NCBI GenBank assembly: GCA_963759495.1
Contig: CAVWZL010000014.1
Coordinates: 25,961 to 89,960, forward strand
DNA: 64,000 nt
Direction of reading: 5' to 3'
Source: an uncultured Chloroflexia bacterium
Lineage (GTDB): Bacteria; Chloroflexota; Limnocylindria; Limnocylindrales; CSP1-4
Each line of letters begins with the position of its first letter. Positions within the stretch are counted from its first letter, which is position 1. A program made the translations under genes and the position numbers. Shown piece by piece: positions 10,754-19,936 of the stretch. The notes below the pieces were generated by a model, which was given only the letters and a program-made list of their open reading frames with translations, was not told where the DNA came from and searched no databases.

Positions 10754-11511
10754 GGCATGTACCCCCCGGAGTTCGGGTTGAGCGTCTGGCCCACGAACAG
10801 GCTCGCCCTGTCCGAGAGCAGGAAGATCACCGCGTCGGCGACCTCCTCGGGCTGGCCGAACCGGCCGAGGGGCATGGTCCTGCGCCGCTGCGCGCCCACC
10901 TCGCTGTCGACCAGGTCCGCGGTCATCTCCGTGACGATGACCCCGGGCGCGACGGCGTTCACGCGAATGCCGCGCGGTGCAAACTCGTACGCGAGCGACC
11001 GGGTCAGGCCGATCAGCCCCGCCTTGGCCGCGGAGTACGCGGCGGTTTCCGGGACACCCATCTGGCCGAGCCGGGACGCGATGTTGACGATCGCGCCGCT
11101 GCCTCGTTCGACCATCGACGGCAGTGCCGCCCGACATGTGTGGAACGCGGCCGTCAGGTCGGTCCGCAGGACGGCGTCCCAGGCCTCGGGCGTCGTCTGG
11201 AGGAACGGCCCGACCAGGGTCAGACCGGCGTTGTTGACGAGCGCGTCGATCCGCCCGAAACGCTCGATCACGTCGTCGACGAGCCGCTCGGCCTGTGCCC
11301 CGTCGGCGAGATCCGCAGCAAAGGCCTCGGTCTGGCCACCGGCGTCACGGACGCGCGAAAGCGTTCGGTCTGCCGCGTCGGACCCGGTGTTGTAGTGGAC
11401 CGCGACCGTGGCGCCTTCCTCGGCCGCCTTGACGGCGACGGCCGCACCGATCCCCCGGCTGCTGCCCGTGACGAGGACGACGCGATCGCTGAGGGCATCG
11501 CCCATCAGCAC
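10750..11511 (-). CDS. SDR family oxidoreductase (FabG-like)
   Basis: Intact 253 aa. Motifs VVLVTGSSRGIGAAVA, NNAG, YSAAKAG, the classical SDR triad context. Confidence 0.85.
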   Translation of the reverse strand: MLMGDALSDRVVLVTGSSRGIGAAVAVKAAEEGATVAVHYNTGSDAADRTLSRVRDAGGQTEAFAADLADGAQAERLVDDVIERFGRIDALVNNAGLTLVGPFLQTTPEAWDAVLRTDLTAAFHTCRAALPSMVERGSGAIVNIASRLGQMGVPETAAYSAAKAGLIGLTRSLAYEFAPRGIRVNAVAPGVIVTEMTADLVDSEVGAQRRRTMPLGRFGQPEEVADAVIFLLSDRASLFVGQTLNPNSGGYMP

Positions 11512-12419
11512 AGCCCCGCGACCTGGAGCGCCGCGAGGACCGCGCCGGATGTCTCCTCGCCGACGGGGAGGAGCGGTGGCCGCATGTCGGTGTTCTCGAT
11601 CACGCCGAGGTGCTTGAGCGCCACCTTGGTCCGGGCCCGGTAGTCGCGCACGGGCTGGCCGTAGACGACCTCCTCGAGCGGAAGGATCCGCTCCCAGATC
11701 GCGCGCGCCTCGTCCCAGCGACCTTCCCGGGTGTGGCCGTACATCTCGACCTGCAGATCGGTTGCGAGCGTCCCGAAGCCGATGAGCGCGCCCTCGGCGC
11801 CGAGCACGAACGACTCGTAGATGAAGTTGTCGTCGCCCGTCAGCAGGTCGATCGGCCGTGGCAGCGCCTCGATCATGCGCCGCGTCGCGAGGTAGAGGCG
11901 GGCGTCGAACGAGGCCTCCTTGAGGGCCACGACGCTGTCGATCGCGGCGATCCGCCGGAGCGTCTCCTCGGAGAAGATCACGCCACCGAGCGCGGGCTGA
12001 AGCTGGAACGCGACCATCGGCAGGCCGCAGCCGCGGGCGATGGCCTCGTGGTAGGCCACGGGGAGGGCGGGGTCGAGCGGCGTGCCCTGGTAGGCGGGGA
12101 TCGGGAAGACGAGCAGCCCCCTCGCGCCGGCGCCTTCGGCACGCTTCGCTTCCTCGACCGCCTGGGCGGTGAACTGCGCGCTCAGCCCGGCGACGACCGG
12201 GATGTCACCGGCCTCGTCGACCGCCACGCGAAGGACCTGCTCGCGCTCGTCGGGCCACAGGTGCGGCCCCTCGCCGGTGTCGGCGTTGATCGCGAGCGCG
12301 ACGGGGCCCTGCGGGAGGAGCCACTGGAGGTAGCGGCGGTAGGCCGGCTCGTCGAAACGGCCGTCGGCATCCCATGTCACGACGCAGGCCGGGACGATGC
12401 CACGGAGGTTGAGGCTCAT
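11505..12419 (-). CDS. Dihydrodipicolinate synthase (DapA/NAL) family aldolase/dehydratase
   Basis: Intact 304 aa. Motifs AINADTGEG and VVALKEAS (Schiff-base Lys context). Overlaps both neighbours by 4-7 nt. Confidence 0.8.
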   Translation of the reverse strand: MSLNLRGIVPACVVTWDADGRFDEPAYRRYLQWLLPQGPVALAINADTGEGPHLWPDEREQVLRVAVDEAGDIPVVAGLSAQFTAQAVEEAKRAEGAGARGLLVFPIPAYQGTPLDPALPVAYHEAIARGCGLPMVAFQLQPALGGVIFSEETLRRIAAIDSVVALKEASFDARLYLATRRMIEALPRPIDLLTGDDNFIYESFVLGAEGALIGFGTLATDLQVEMYGHTREGRWDEARAIWERILPLEEVVYGQPVRDYRARTKVALKHLGVIENTDMRPPLLPVGEETSGAVLAALQVAGLC

Positions 12420-13474
12420 GCGACTCCTCGCTGGGGGGACGGGATGGTGGACGCGACCGCCGGTGGCGCACCGGTCGAGCCGCGCAGGACGAGCTCAGTG
12501 GGAAGGATCTCGGGCGGGAGGGTCTCGCCGACGAGCGCGCGATCCGCGTGCTCGAAGCCGCGCCGGCCCATCTCGCGCAGCGGGAGACGGACCGTCGACA
12601 GGCTCGGTGCGGTGAGAGCGGCCGTCGAGATGTCGTCGAAGCCGGCGACCGACACCGTTCCCGGCACGTCGATCCCGAGCTCCGCCAGCCGCTGGAGCGC
12701 GCCGAGCGCCAGCAGGTCGTTTGCGCTGCAGACGGCGGTGAACGGTACGTCGCCGGCGAGAAGCGTGTCGACCGCGAGCACACCACCGTCGCGATCGAAG
12801 GTGGTCCTGACCACGAGCCGTTCATCGAACCGGATCGCGGCCGCGGCGAGCCCGCGCTTGTATCCCGCGAGTCGCTCGCGCGCGACGAACAGCGACCGCG
12901 GACCGGCGAGAAACGCAATCTGCCGGTGCCCGAGGGCCACGAGCGCTTCGACCATGCGCTCGATCCCGGCCGCGTTGTCCACGCTCACCTCGGGCGCGCC
13001 GCCGGCGTGCGGAGAGAGGTGGACGACCGCCGCTCCATCAGCCCGCATCGCGGCGAGGTGCCGGTCCATCTCCTCGTTCAGGGCGGGATCATCGAGACCG
13101 CTCCCTGCGAACACGACGGCCGCGGCGCGCATCGAACGGAGCAGCCGCACGTACGACCGCTCGCGTTCAGCGTCCCGCTCCGAGCTGCACGTGATCACGA
13201 GGTAGCCGGCAGCGGTCGCACCGTCCTCCACGCCACGCACGACCTCTGCGAAGTACGGGTCGGTGATGTCGTGGACGATCACCGCGACCACCGGGACCCG
13301 GCTCTTCAGGAGCCCGCGGGCGAGCGCGTTCGGGACGTAGTCGAGCGTCCGGGCGGCCTCGAGGACGCGCTCGCGCGTCTCGGCTCGAACCGGGTATGCG
13401 GACGAGGAGACGACGCGCGACGCGGTCGCGGTGGAGACCCCGGCCAGTCGGGCGACCTCGGTGATCGAGGCCAT
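12416..13474 (-). CDS. LacI family transcriptional regulator
   Basis: Preferred ATG at 13474 (MASITEVARLAGVSTATASRVVS = LacI HTH). Periplasmic-binding-like C-terminal domain. Embedded in the operon. Confidence 0.85.
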   Translation of the reverse strand: MASITEVARLAGVSTATASRVVSSSAYPVRAETRERVLEAARTLDYVPNALARGLLKSRVPVVAVIVHDITDPYFAEVVRGVEDGATAAGYLVITCSSERDAERERSYVRLLRSMRAAAVVFAGSGLDDPALNEEMDRHLAAMRADGAAVVHLSPHAGGAPEVSVDNAAGIERMVEALVALGHRQIAFLAGPRSLFVARERLAGYKRGLAAAAIRFDERLVVRTTFDRDGGVLAVDTLLAGDVPFTAVCSANDLLALGALQRLAELGIDVPGTVSVAGFDDISTAALTAPSLSTVRLPLREMGRRGFEHADRALVGETLPPEILPTELVLRGSTGAPPAVASTIPSPQRGVA

Positions 13475-14955
13475 CAGTACGGGTAGGACGGCGGCTCGTC
13501 GCGCACCGTCACCCACTGCCACTCCGTGAACGTCTCGTCGTTCGCCTCGCCACCGAACCGGCCGCCGTTGCCTGAGCTGCCCATGCCGCCGAACGGGATG
13601 ATCGCCTCGTCGTTGATCGTCTGGTCGTTGACGTGGACCATCCCGGCCTTGATCCGGTTGGCGATCGAGAGGCCGCGCGAGATCGAGCGCGAGTAGACGC
13701 CCGCGGCCAGGCCGTATTCGGTGTTGTTGGCGAGGGCGACAGCCTCGGCATCGGTGTCGAACGGGACGACGGGCGCGACCGGTCCGAAGATCTCGTCGGT
13801 CCAGGCCGGCAGGTCGGTGGCGACCTCGGCGAGCACCGTGGGGCGATAGAAGAGGCCTTCGTGCGTGCCGCCGGCCGCAAGCCGCGCGCCGCCGGCAACG
13901 GAACGCTGGACGATGTCGTCGACGCGAGCGAGCTGCTGCTCGTTCACGATCGGTCCGAGCTCCACGTCCTCGCGGTACGGGTCCCCGAGCCGAAGCCGTC
14001 CCGCCTTCTCGGCGAGCAGCTCGACGTACCGGTCGGCGACGGAACGATGGACGATATGCCGCCCGACCGCGAAGCAGACCTGGCCCTGGAACTGGAACGA
14101 CGAGAAGGCACCGGCGGCAGCGGCTGCCTCGAGATCGGCGTCGTCGAGCACGACGAATGCGTTGTTCCCGCCCAGCTCGAGAGAGACCTTCTTGAGGAGC
14201 CCGCCGGCGAGTGCGCCGACGCGCCGCCCGACCTCGGTCGAGCCCGTGAACGACACCATCCGGATGTTCGGATCGGTGACGAGCGCCTCGCCCGCCTCGG
14301 CATCACCGACGACGATCTGGAGCAGGCCCTCGGGCAGCCCTGCCTCGCGGAAGATCGAGGCGAACATCGCGCCGCCACAGACCGGCGTCTGCGGATCGGG
14401 CTTGAGGACGACCGCGTTGCCGAGCGCCAGTGCGGGTGCCACGACCCGCATGCCCAGCACGCTCGGCGAGTTCCACGGCGTGATGGCACCGATCACGCCG
14501 ATCGGCACGCGTCGGGCCATCGAGAGACGGCCGGGCTGCGCCGACGGCAGGAGCGAGCCGTGCGGCCGGGACGGCATCGTCGCCGCGTTGTGCAGCTCCT
14601 GGAGCGTGAAGTTCTGCTCGTGGTGCATCTTGTTGCGGTGCGCGCCGGTCTCGCGCTGCGTCCACGTGCCGAACTCGGCGCGGTGCTGCTCGTACAGGAC
14701 CGCGGCACGACGCAGGACCGCGGCGCGCTCCTGGTAGTTCGTCTCGGCCCAGGCCGGCTGCGCCTTCGCGGCCTCGGCGGCCGCGCGATGGACGTCGTCC
14801 GCGGTCGACCAGTTGAGCGTCAGCAGGCCACGGCCTGTCGCCGGCTCGCGCACCTCGCGCGCCTCCCCGGATCCCGTCTGCCAGTCCGCAAGGAACGGGT
14901 CGAGCCAGCCCGGCTCGGTCCGCTCTGCCGTCACATCACGCGCCGTCGCGACCAT
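13474..14955 (-). CDS. NAD(P)-dependent aldehyde dehydrogenase
   Basis: ATG 14955 preceded by AAGGAGG. Motifs ITPWNSP, SLELGGNNAFVV, QGQVCFAVGRHIVH (catalytic Cys), PFGGMGSSGNG. The upstream 38 codons of ORF 13474..15069 look like a shadow extension. Confidence 0.9.
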   Translation of the reverse strand: MVATARDVTAERTEPGWLDPFLADWQTGSGEAREVREPATGRGLLTLNWSTADDVHRAAAEAAKAQPAWAETNYQERAAVLRRAAVLYEQHRAEFGTWTQRETGAHRNKMHHEQNFTLQELHNAATMPSRPHGSLLPSAQPGRLSMARRVPIGVIGAITPWNSPSVLGMRVVAPALALGNAVVLKPDPQTPVCGGAMFASIFREAGLPEGLLQIVVGDAEAGEALVTDPNIRMVSFTGSTEVGRRVGALAGGLLKKVSLELGGNNAFVVLDDADLEAAAAAGAFSSFQFQGQVCFAVGRHIVHRSVADRYVELLAEKAGRLRLGDPYREDVELGPIVNEQQLARVDDIVQRSVAGGARLAAGGTHEGLFYRPTVLAEVATDLPAWTDEIFGPVAPVVPFDTDAEAVALANNTEYGLAAGVYSRSISRGLSIANRIKAGMVHVNDQTINDEAIIPFGGMGSSGNGGRFGGEANDETFTEWQWVTVRDEPPSYPY

Positions 14956-15541
14956 CGTGTCCTCCTTCGGGTCGGCGCTCGGTCGACCAGTAGCGTTCTG
15001 CGTATGTCTTCGGGGCTCCGTCGATGACCGCCCGCAGGCCGGTCGCCGGATCGCGCCAGACCTGGCCACGTGCCAGGACCGCGTCGATGAGGCCTTCCTC
15101 GAGATAGGGCGGGATCTCCCACGACCGAACCTCGATCGCCATCTGGCCGGGATAGCCGATCAGCTCCTTCACCCGGGGATCCGTGTAGTACCCGCCGACG
15201 AGCACCAGCTGGAGGGCGGACAGGTGTGCCGGCTCGTCCGCGGCGAGGGTGGCGAGCCGTGCCTCGGGGTCATCCCCGAGCTCCGGCCGCAGCGCGGCAA
15301 CGAACGGGTCGATGAGGTCGGGGCGCGCGCGGAGGACGAACGCCAGGCGGTCCTCGCTGACGATGTCGGCTGCGGACGGCATGCCGTGGGCCGCCGGGAT
15401 GAGGTGCTCGGCGATGGCGACGAAGGTGGCCCGCGCCGCCGCGTCGACCATGGCGAGCCACGGCCCGGGTGCCATGGTGTCCGTCGTGGCGACGAGCCCA
15501 CCGGTCACATCGGTCGGCGCACCGGTCTGCTGGTCGGTCAT
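14936..15541 (-). CDS. Gluconate 2-dehydrogenase subunit 3-like small subunit (partner of the GMC oxidoreductase)
   Basis: Intact 201 aa. ATG 15541 overlaps the GMC stop (ATGA). Assignment rests on size, position and general resemblance (LVLVGGYYTDPRVKELIGYPG), so it is less certain. Confidence 0.55.
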   Translation of the reverse strand: MTDQQTGAPTDVTGGLVATTDTMAPGPWLAMVDAAARATFVAIAEHLIPAAHGMPSAADIVSEDRLAFVLRARPDLIDPFVAALRPELGDDPEARLATLAADEPAHLSALQLVLVGGYYTDPRVKELIGYPGQMAIEVRSWEIPPYLEEGLIDAVLARGQVWRDPATGLRAVIDGAPKTYAERYWSTERRPEGGHDGRDGA

Positions 15542-17160
15542 GCCGGCACCTGCTGCTCGAACCGGGTCTCAACCATGTGCTCGGCCGCGCGGAGTGCGAG
15601 GGCCACGATCGTCGACGTCGGGTTGACGCCGCTGGAGGTCACGAAGCAGCTGCCGTCGACCACGTACAGGTTCGGCACGTCATGGGTCCGGTTCCACCGA
15701 TCGAGCACGGATGTCTCGGGGTCGTCGCCCATGCGCGCCGTCCCGAGCAGGTGCCAGCCCGAGTAGCGCATCAGCCGGTCGACCTCGATCGAGTGCGCGC
15801 CCGCCTCGAGCAGCGATTCCGTGGCGCGCTCGATGTGGAAGTCGAGCATCTTCCGCGCGTTGTCACCCATCGAGTAATGGATCTCGGGGGCAGCAACCCC
15901 GCTCGTGTCGGTGACCGTGTCGGAGAGCGTGACCCGGTTCGATTCGTCGGGCAGGTCCTCGGCGAAGAGGCCCCAGTTGGCGCCGTGGCCCAGATGCGAT
16001 CGAACGTGGAGGTGGTGGTCGGGACCCCAGACCTGGGTGCCGGCACGGCTCGGGAGCGCTGTGTTGATCGGGCCGCCCGTCGGTGCAAGCCCCCAGCGAG
16101 CGCCACGGACGAAGCCGCGTCGCTCGTCGGTCTCGTAGAACTCGAGCGACTCGATCAGGTCGCCGAACTGGCCCTGCCAGCTCATCAGCGGCTCGTCGAA
16201 CAGGCCGGCGACATTGGCGAAGGGATGCATCATCAGCCGCTTCCCGACGAGCCCCGACGAGTTCGCGAGCCCGTCCGGGATGACGCGAGTCGGCCGAGAG
16301 GAGCAGCAGCCGCGGGGTCCCGATCGCGTTCGCGGCGAGGACCACGACCTTCGCCGGCTCGAAGTGCTCCCCGCCGTCGCGATCGATCCACGTGGCGCCC
16401 GTCGCGAGGCCCTGCGCGTTCGTCTCGATCCTGCGGACGCGGGCGCCCGTGACGAGGCGGGCCCCTTTGCGATCGCCTTCGGCCAATGAGTCAGGTCGGT
16501 CGATGCCTTCGCGCCCTCGTTGCAGCCCGACTGGCACGTGCTGCGCTGGACGCACGGGCGGCGGCCGTCATACGGAGCCGACAGGATCGAGTTGAACTCG
16601 GGCCACCAGTGCCAGCCGAGCTTCGTGTGGGCACGAGCCACCTTGAGCCCGGCCGCGCCGATGGGGAGTGGCGGGAGCGGCGGGTCCTCGGGATCGGGCG
16701 GATAGGCCGGGTCGCCGGCCAGGCCCGAGACGCCGAAGTCCTTGTCCGTCTGGCGGAAGTAGGGCAGCAGCTCGTCGTAGGTCAGCGGCCAGTCGTCGGC
16801 GATCCCATCGAGCGATCGAACGCGGAAATCGGACGGCAGCATCCGAGGCCAGGCGCCGGCAAAGATCAGCATCGACCCGCCGACACCGCTGTACATGAGC
16901 GGCGAGACGGGTGTGTCCGCCTCGACGATCGGGTAGTCCTCGGGCAGGCCACGGATGTTCGGGCTCGTGGCCCACTGCTTGCGGGCGGTCAGCTCCCACT
17001 CGGTCTTGTTGCCGGGGTATTCGGCCTTGTCGTGCCAGTCGCCCTGCTCGAGGCACACGACCCGGAGGCCGGCCTCGGCCAGCCGTCGCGCAACCACACC
17101 GCCGGACGCGCCGGCCCCGACGATCAGGACATCTGCGGGTTCCGATGGCCAAGCCTTCGC
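15538..17160 (-). pseudogene. GMC family FAD oxidoreductase; internal ~180-nt out-of-frame patch and no obvious start codon
   Basis: Motifs DVLIVGAGASGGVVARRLAEAG (FAD Rossmann), GTARMGDDPETSVLD, LYVVDGSCFVTSSGVNPT. The segment GARLVTGARVRRIETN..IGTPRLLLLS lies in the frame of ORF 15863..16555 (shifts near ~16465 and ~16283). No ATG/GTG/TTG occurs between the Rossmann motif and ~17307. Confidence 0.8.
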
Positions 17161-17199
17161 TCCTCCGACGCGTTGTGGGGTGTCGCTGCGCGGAAGCGT

Positions 17200-17217
17200 A
17201 TAGCAAACCTTTGCTAT
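17200..17217. promoter_or_regulatory. AT-rich palindrome ATAGCAAA-CC-TTTGCTAT, LacI-type operator candidate
   Basis: Perfect 8+8 inverted repeat about 40 nt upstream of the GMC coding region. The half-site GCAAAC/GTTTGC resembles LacI/PurR-family operators. Confidence 0.45.
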
Positions 17218-17357
17218 GGCGCGTTGCAGTCCTGCTTGGAGGCCGCGGCGCGGTCGCCCCGGAACCCGTCCCGTACGTGGCCGGCGCCAGCGCCCGCCGC
17301 CGCCCAAGCTGCTCTTCCGTCGGATCCGTGCATCGGGCGTACGTTTTCGACGAGGGC

Positions 17358-17572
17358 TTGCACCATGTGCACATAGCGACGCCCGGGGCCGGCCGCGACG
17401 TCGACGACTTGCACCCGGTGCACGACCGCCGGTCGCCGGCGCTCACGAGGTTTGATCGGTGCGCCACGTGCACGTTCTCGACCTATTTCGGCGGTCCGAC
17501 GCCCGCTCAGCATTCGCTATGTGCATCCAGTGCACGGCGCCACGTGCACGGTGCTCTGGGCGGCCGGTGCAC
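17358..17572. promoter_or_regulatory. Array of four 15-bp bipartite motifs (KTGCRY-N3-GTGCAC) plus two extra GTGCAC sites
   Basis: TTGCACCATGTGCAC at 17358, TTGCACCCGGTGCAC at 17409, GTGCGCCACGTGCAC at 17459, GTGCATCCAGTGCAC at 17521 (spacing 51, 50, 62 nt). Extra GTGCAC at 17544 and 17567. Lies in the 510-bp divergent intergenic region. Confidence 0.5.
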
Positions 17573-17669
17573 GGCCGCCGCCCGGCACACCCCTGGCGCA
17601 CCCTTCCGACGCATCGTCGATAATCGATCAAACGATTCGCCTCCTCGCCGAGCCGCCCAAGGAGTCCCG

Positions 17670-18456
17670 ATGACGACGCTCGACATGTTCAGCCTCGACG
17701 GACGCGTCGCGCTCGTGACCGGTGGCGGCGGCGGGATCGGGTCGGCGCTGGCGGAGGCCCTCGCCGCAGCGGGCTGCTCGGTCGCCGTTGCCGGCAGGAC
17801 CCGCGAGCCACTCGACGCGGCCGTCGCCAGGATCGAGGCAGCCGGCGCGCGCGGAACCGCCGTCACGGCCGACGTGACGGACGAGACCGAGAGCAACCGC
17901 ATGGTGGACGAGGTCATCACCGAGCTCGGCCGCATCGACATCATCGTCAACGCCGTCGGCGGCGGCGCCGGCAAGGAGCTCCACGCCGCCGAGGCCTACC
18001 CGCGCGAGGCGTGGGACTGGATCATGGAGCTCAACGTCCGCAGCACCGTCATCCCGACGCAGGCGGTCGCTCGCCGGATGATCGAGACCGGCCAGGGCGG
18101 CATCGTGCTGAACATCTCGTCGGTCCGAGCCAACCTCGGCATCAACGCCGGCTATTCGGCCTACGTTGCGGCCAAGGGCGCCATCAGCTCGTTGACCCGG
18201 CAGTGGGCAACCGAATGGGCCAAGCACGGCATCCGGGTCAACGCGATCATGCCGACGTTCGTCGACACGCCGCAGGTCGCGATGCTGCTCGAGGACCCGG
18301 CGTTCAAGTCGAACATCGTCAACCGCATCCCGCTGGGCCGCGTCGGCGAGACCCGCGACATCGTCGGGCCTGCGATCTTCCTCGTGCTCGGACGCCGCGT
18401 CATTCGTGACCGGGCACGTCCTCACCATCGACGGCGGCCTCACCGCGACGCAGTAG
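17670..18456 (+). pseudogene. SDR family oxidoreductase, one frame change near the 3' end
   Basis: AAGGAG RBS precedes ATG 17670. Motifs VALVTGGGGGIGSALA, NAVGG, YSAYVAAKGA. The C-terminus SDAASFVTGHVLTIDGGLTATQ-TAG (18454) is readable only after a +1 shift near ~18385. Confidence 0.8.
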
Positions 18457-18465
18457 GGGAAGCCG

Positions 18466-19362
18466 ATGGACGCACCCGCCTCGATGATGGAACGCGTCAC
18501 CGACAACGTCTTCACGACGACGAAGCTGCGCGGCTGCAATCCGAGCTTCGTCACGACGTCGGACGGGGTCGTCGTCATCGACACGCCACAGCTCCCGACC
18601 CGCGCTGTCGCGATGCGCGAGGAGGCGGAGTCGCACGGCCCGATCCGCTACCTCATCAACACGGAGAACCACGTCGACCACATCTTCGGCAACTGGTGGT
18701 TCCGCGGCGCCGGTGCGGTGGTGAATCACCAGGCGCTCTGGGACATCTTCATGGACCCCAAGGCTGCACTCGACCCCTTCGACTACGCGCTCGAGGCGAT
18801 CCCCACTGACGACCCGAACGGGGCCGCGCTCATCCCCGATCGCGACGACTACTACGCGAACCTCCCCCGGGGGACGGTCGTCTTCACGGGCGACCTGACG
18901 CTGCGCGTCGGCGACCACACGTTCCACTGCCTCTGGACGCCGGGCCACACGCCAGGGCAGCTCGCGGTCCACGTCCCCGAGGAGCGGGTGGTCTTCACCG
19001 GCGACACCATCTTCTCCGGCTGCCAGACGTGGCTGATGACCTCGAACGTCGACCAGTGGATCGAGGCGCTCGAGCGGATTCGGCTGCTCGACGTCGACCA
19101 CGTTGTGCCCGGTCACGGGCCCGTCGTGACGCTCGACTACCTGCACACGCAGCGCTCGGTGTTGCTCGCCTGGAAGGCCGCCGTGGCCGACGCCGTCTCG
19201 AAGGGCTGGTCACGCGAGGAGACGATCGAGCGCGTCCGATTCGACGACGCCTTCGGCCCGGTTGACGTCGGGCAGGGCTACATGATGGATCACATCCAGA
19301 ACAACAACGCCGGCTCGCTCTGGGACAAGCTGACCGCCACGGGCTACTCGAAGGGGCGCTGA
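18466..19362 (+). CDS. MBL-fold metallo-hydrolase
   Basis: Intact 298 aa. Motifs NTENHVDH (HxHxDH) and TPGHTPG, then VVPGHGP. Confidence 0.85.
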   Translation: MDAPASMMERVTDNVFTTTKLRGCNPSFVTTSDGVVVIDTPQLPTRAVAMREEAESHGPIRYLINTENHVDHIFGNWWFRGAGAVVNHQALWDIFMDPKAALDPFDYALEAIPTDDPNGAALIPDRDDYYANLPRGTVVFTGDLTLRVGDHTFHCLWTPGHTPGQLAVHVPEERVVFTGDTIFSGCQTWLMTSNVDQWIEALERIRLLDVDHVVPGHGPVVTLDYLHTQRSVLLAWKAAVADAVSKGWSREETIERVRFDDAFGPVDVGQGYMMDHIQNNNAGSLWDKLTATGYSKGR

Positions 19363-19528
19363 AAAGGGTCGATCGGAACGTCGTCGTCGAGTCGCTCGAC
19401 GAGCGCGCGCAGCCGCTCACGTTGACCTGTGTTCGATTCGATGTACGGCCGATGGTCACGAATGTGCCCACCGTTCGCGGAGCCTGACAGACTGAGGGTC
19501 GCATGCAGCCGGAACGGGAGGTGCAAGG

Positions 19529-19936
19529 GTGAGCAGATCTGGGTCGGTGGTCGTCCTTCATCCCGGGGGGACACAGGCGCCGGCGATGTCCGACGCCGAA
19601 CGGTACGACCAGTTCACGCGCGAAGGCCGCTGGGCCGCCTGGATCCGCAACGACGCGGGCGACACCAGCGGCTGGCACCACCACGCCGACAACGTGACGT
19701 ACGTCTACGTGAGCCGCGGATCGATCACGTTCGAGTTCGGCCGGGACGGAGCGGAGCGCGTCGTCGCACAGCCCGGCGACTTCGTGATCGTCCCGGCCCA
19801 CACGCTCCACCGGGAGATCACGGGGGATGGCTCCGACCTCGAGGCGTTCGTGATCCGCGCGGGCGGTGAGCCGGAACGCGTCGACGCCGACGGCCCCGAA
19901 TTACACGCCGGAGGGCGGTCCGAACCAGGTACCTAG
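19529..19936 (+). CDS. Cupin domain protein
   Basis: GGGAGG RBS precedes GTG 19529. Motifs GWHHHADNVTYVYVSRGSITFEFG and GDFVIVPAHTLHREI (cupin motifs 1 and 2). The 3' end overlaps the convergent gene by 36 nt. Confidence 0.65.
   Translation: MSRSGSVVVLHPGGTQAPAMSDAERYDQFTREGRWAAWIRNDAGDTSGWHHHADNVTYVYVSRGSITFEFGRDGAERVVAQPGDFVIVPAHTLHREITGDGSDLEAFVIRAGGEPERVDADGPELHAGGRSEPGT

Noticed and set aside
8384-11137. 917-aa ORF on the minus strand, the longest in the track
   Set aside because: It spans three real genes. Only two short stretches (the N-termini of the crotonase and the CoA-transferase) are genuine coding sequence in this frame. The rest is Arg/Pro/Gly-rich shadow sequence typical of high-GC DNA.
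19344-19574. 76-aa minus-strand ORF between the MBL and cupin genes
   Set aside because: It overlaps both neighbouring genes, has no RBS and no recognisable family. It is most likely the promoter and RBS region of the cupin gene.
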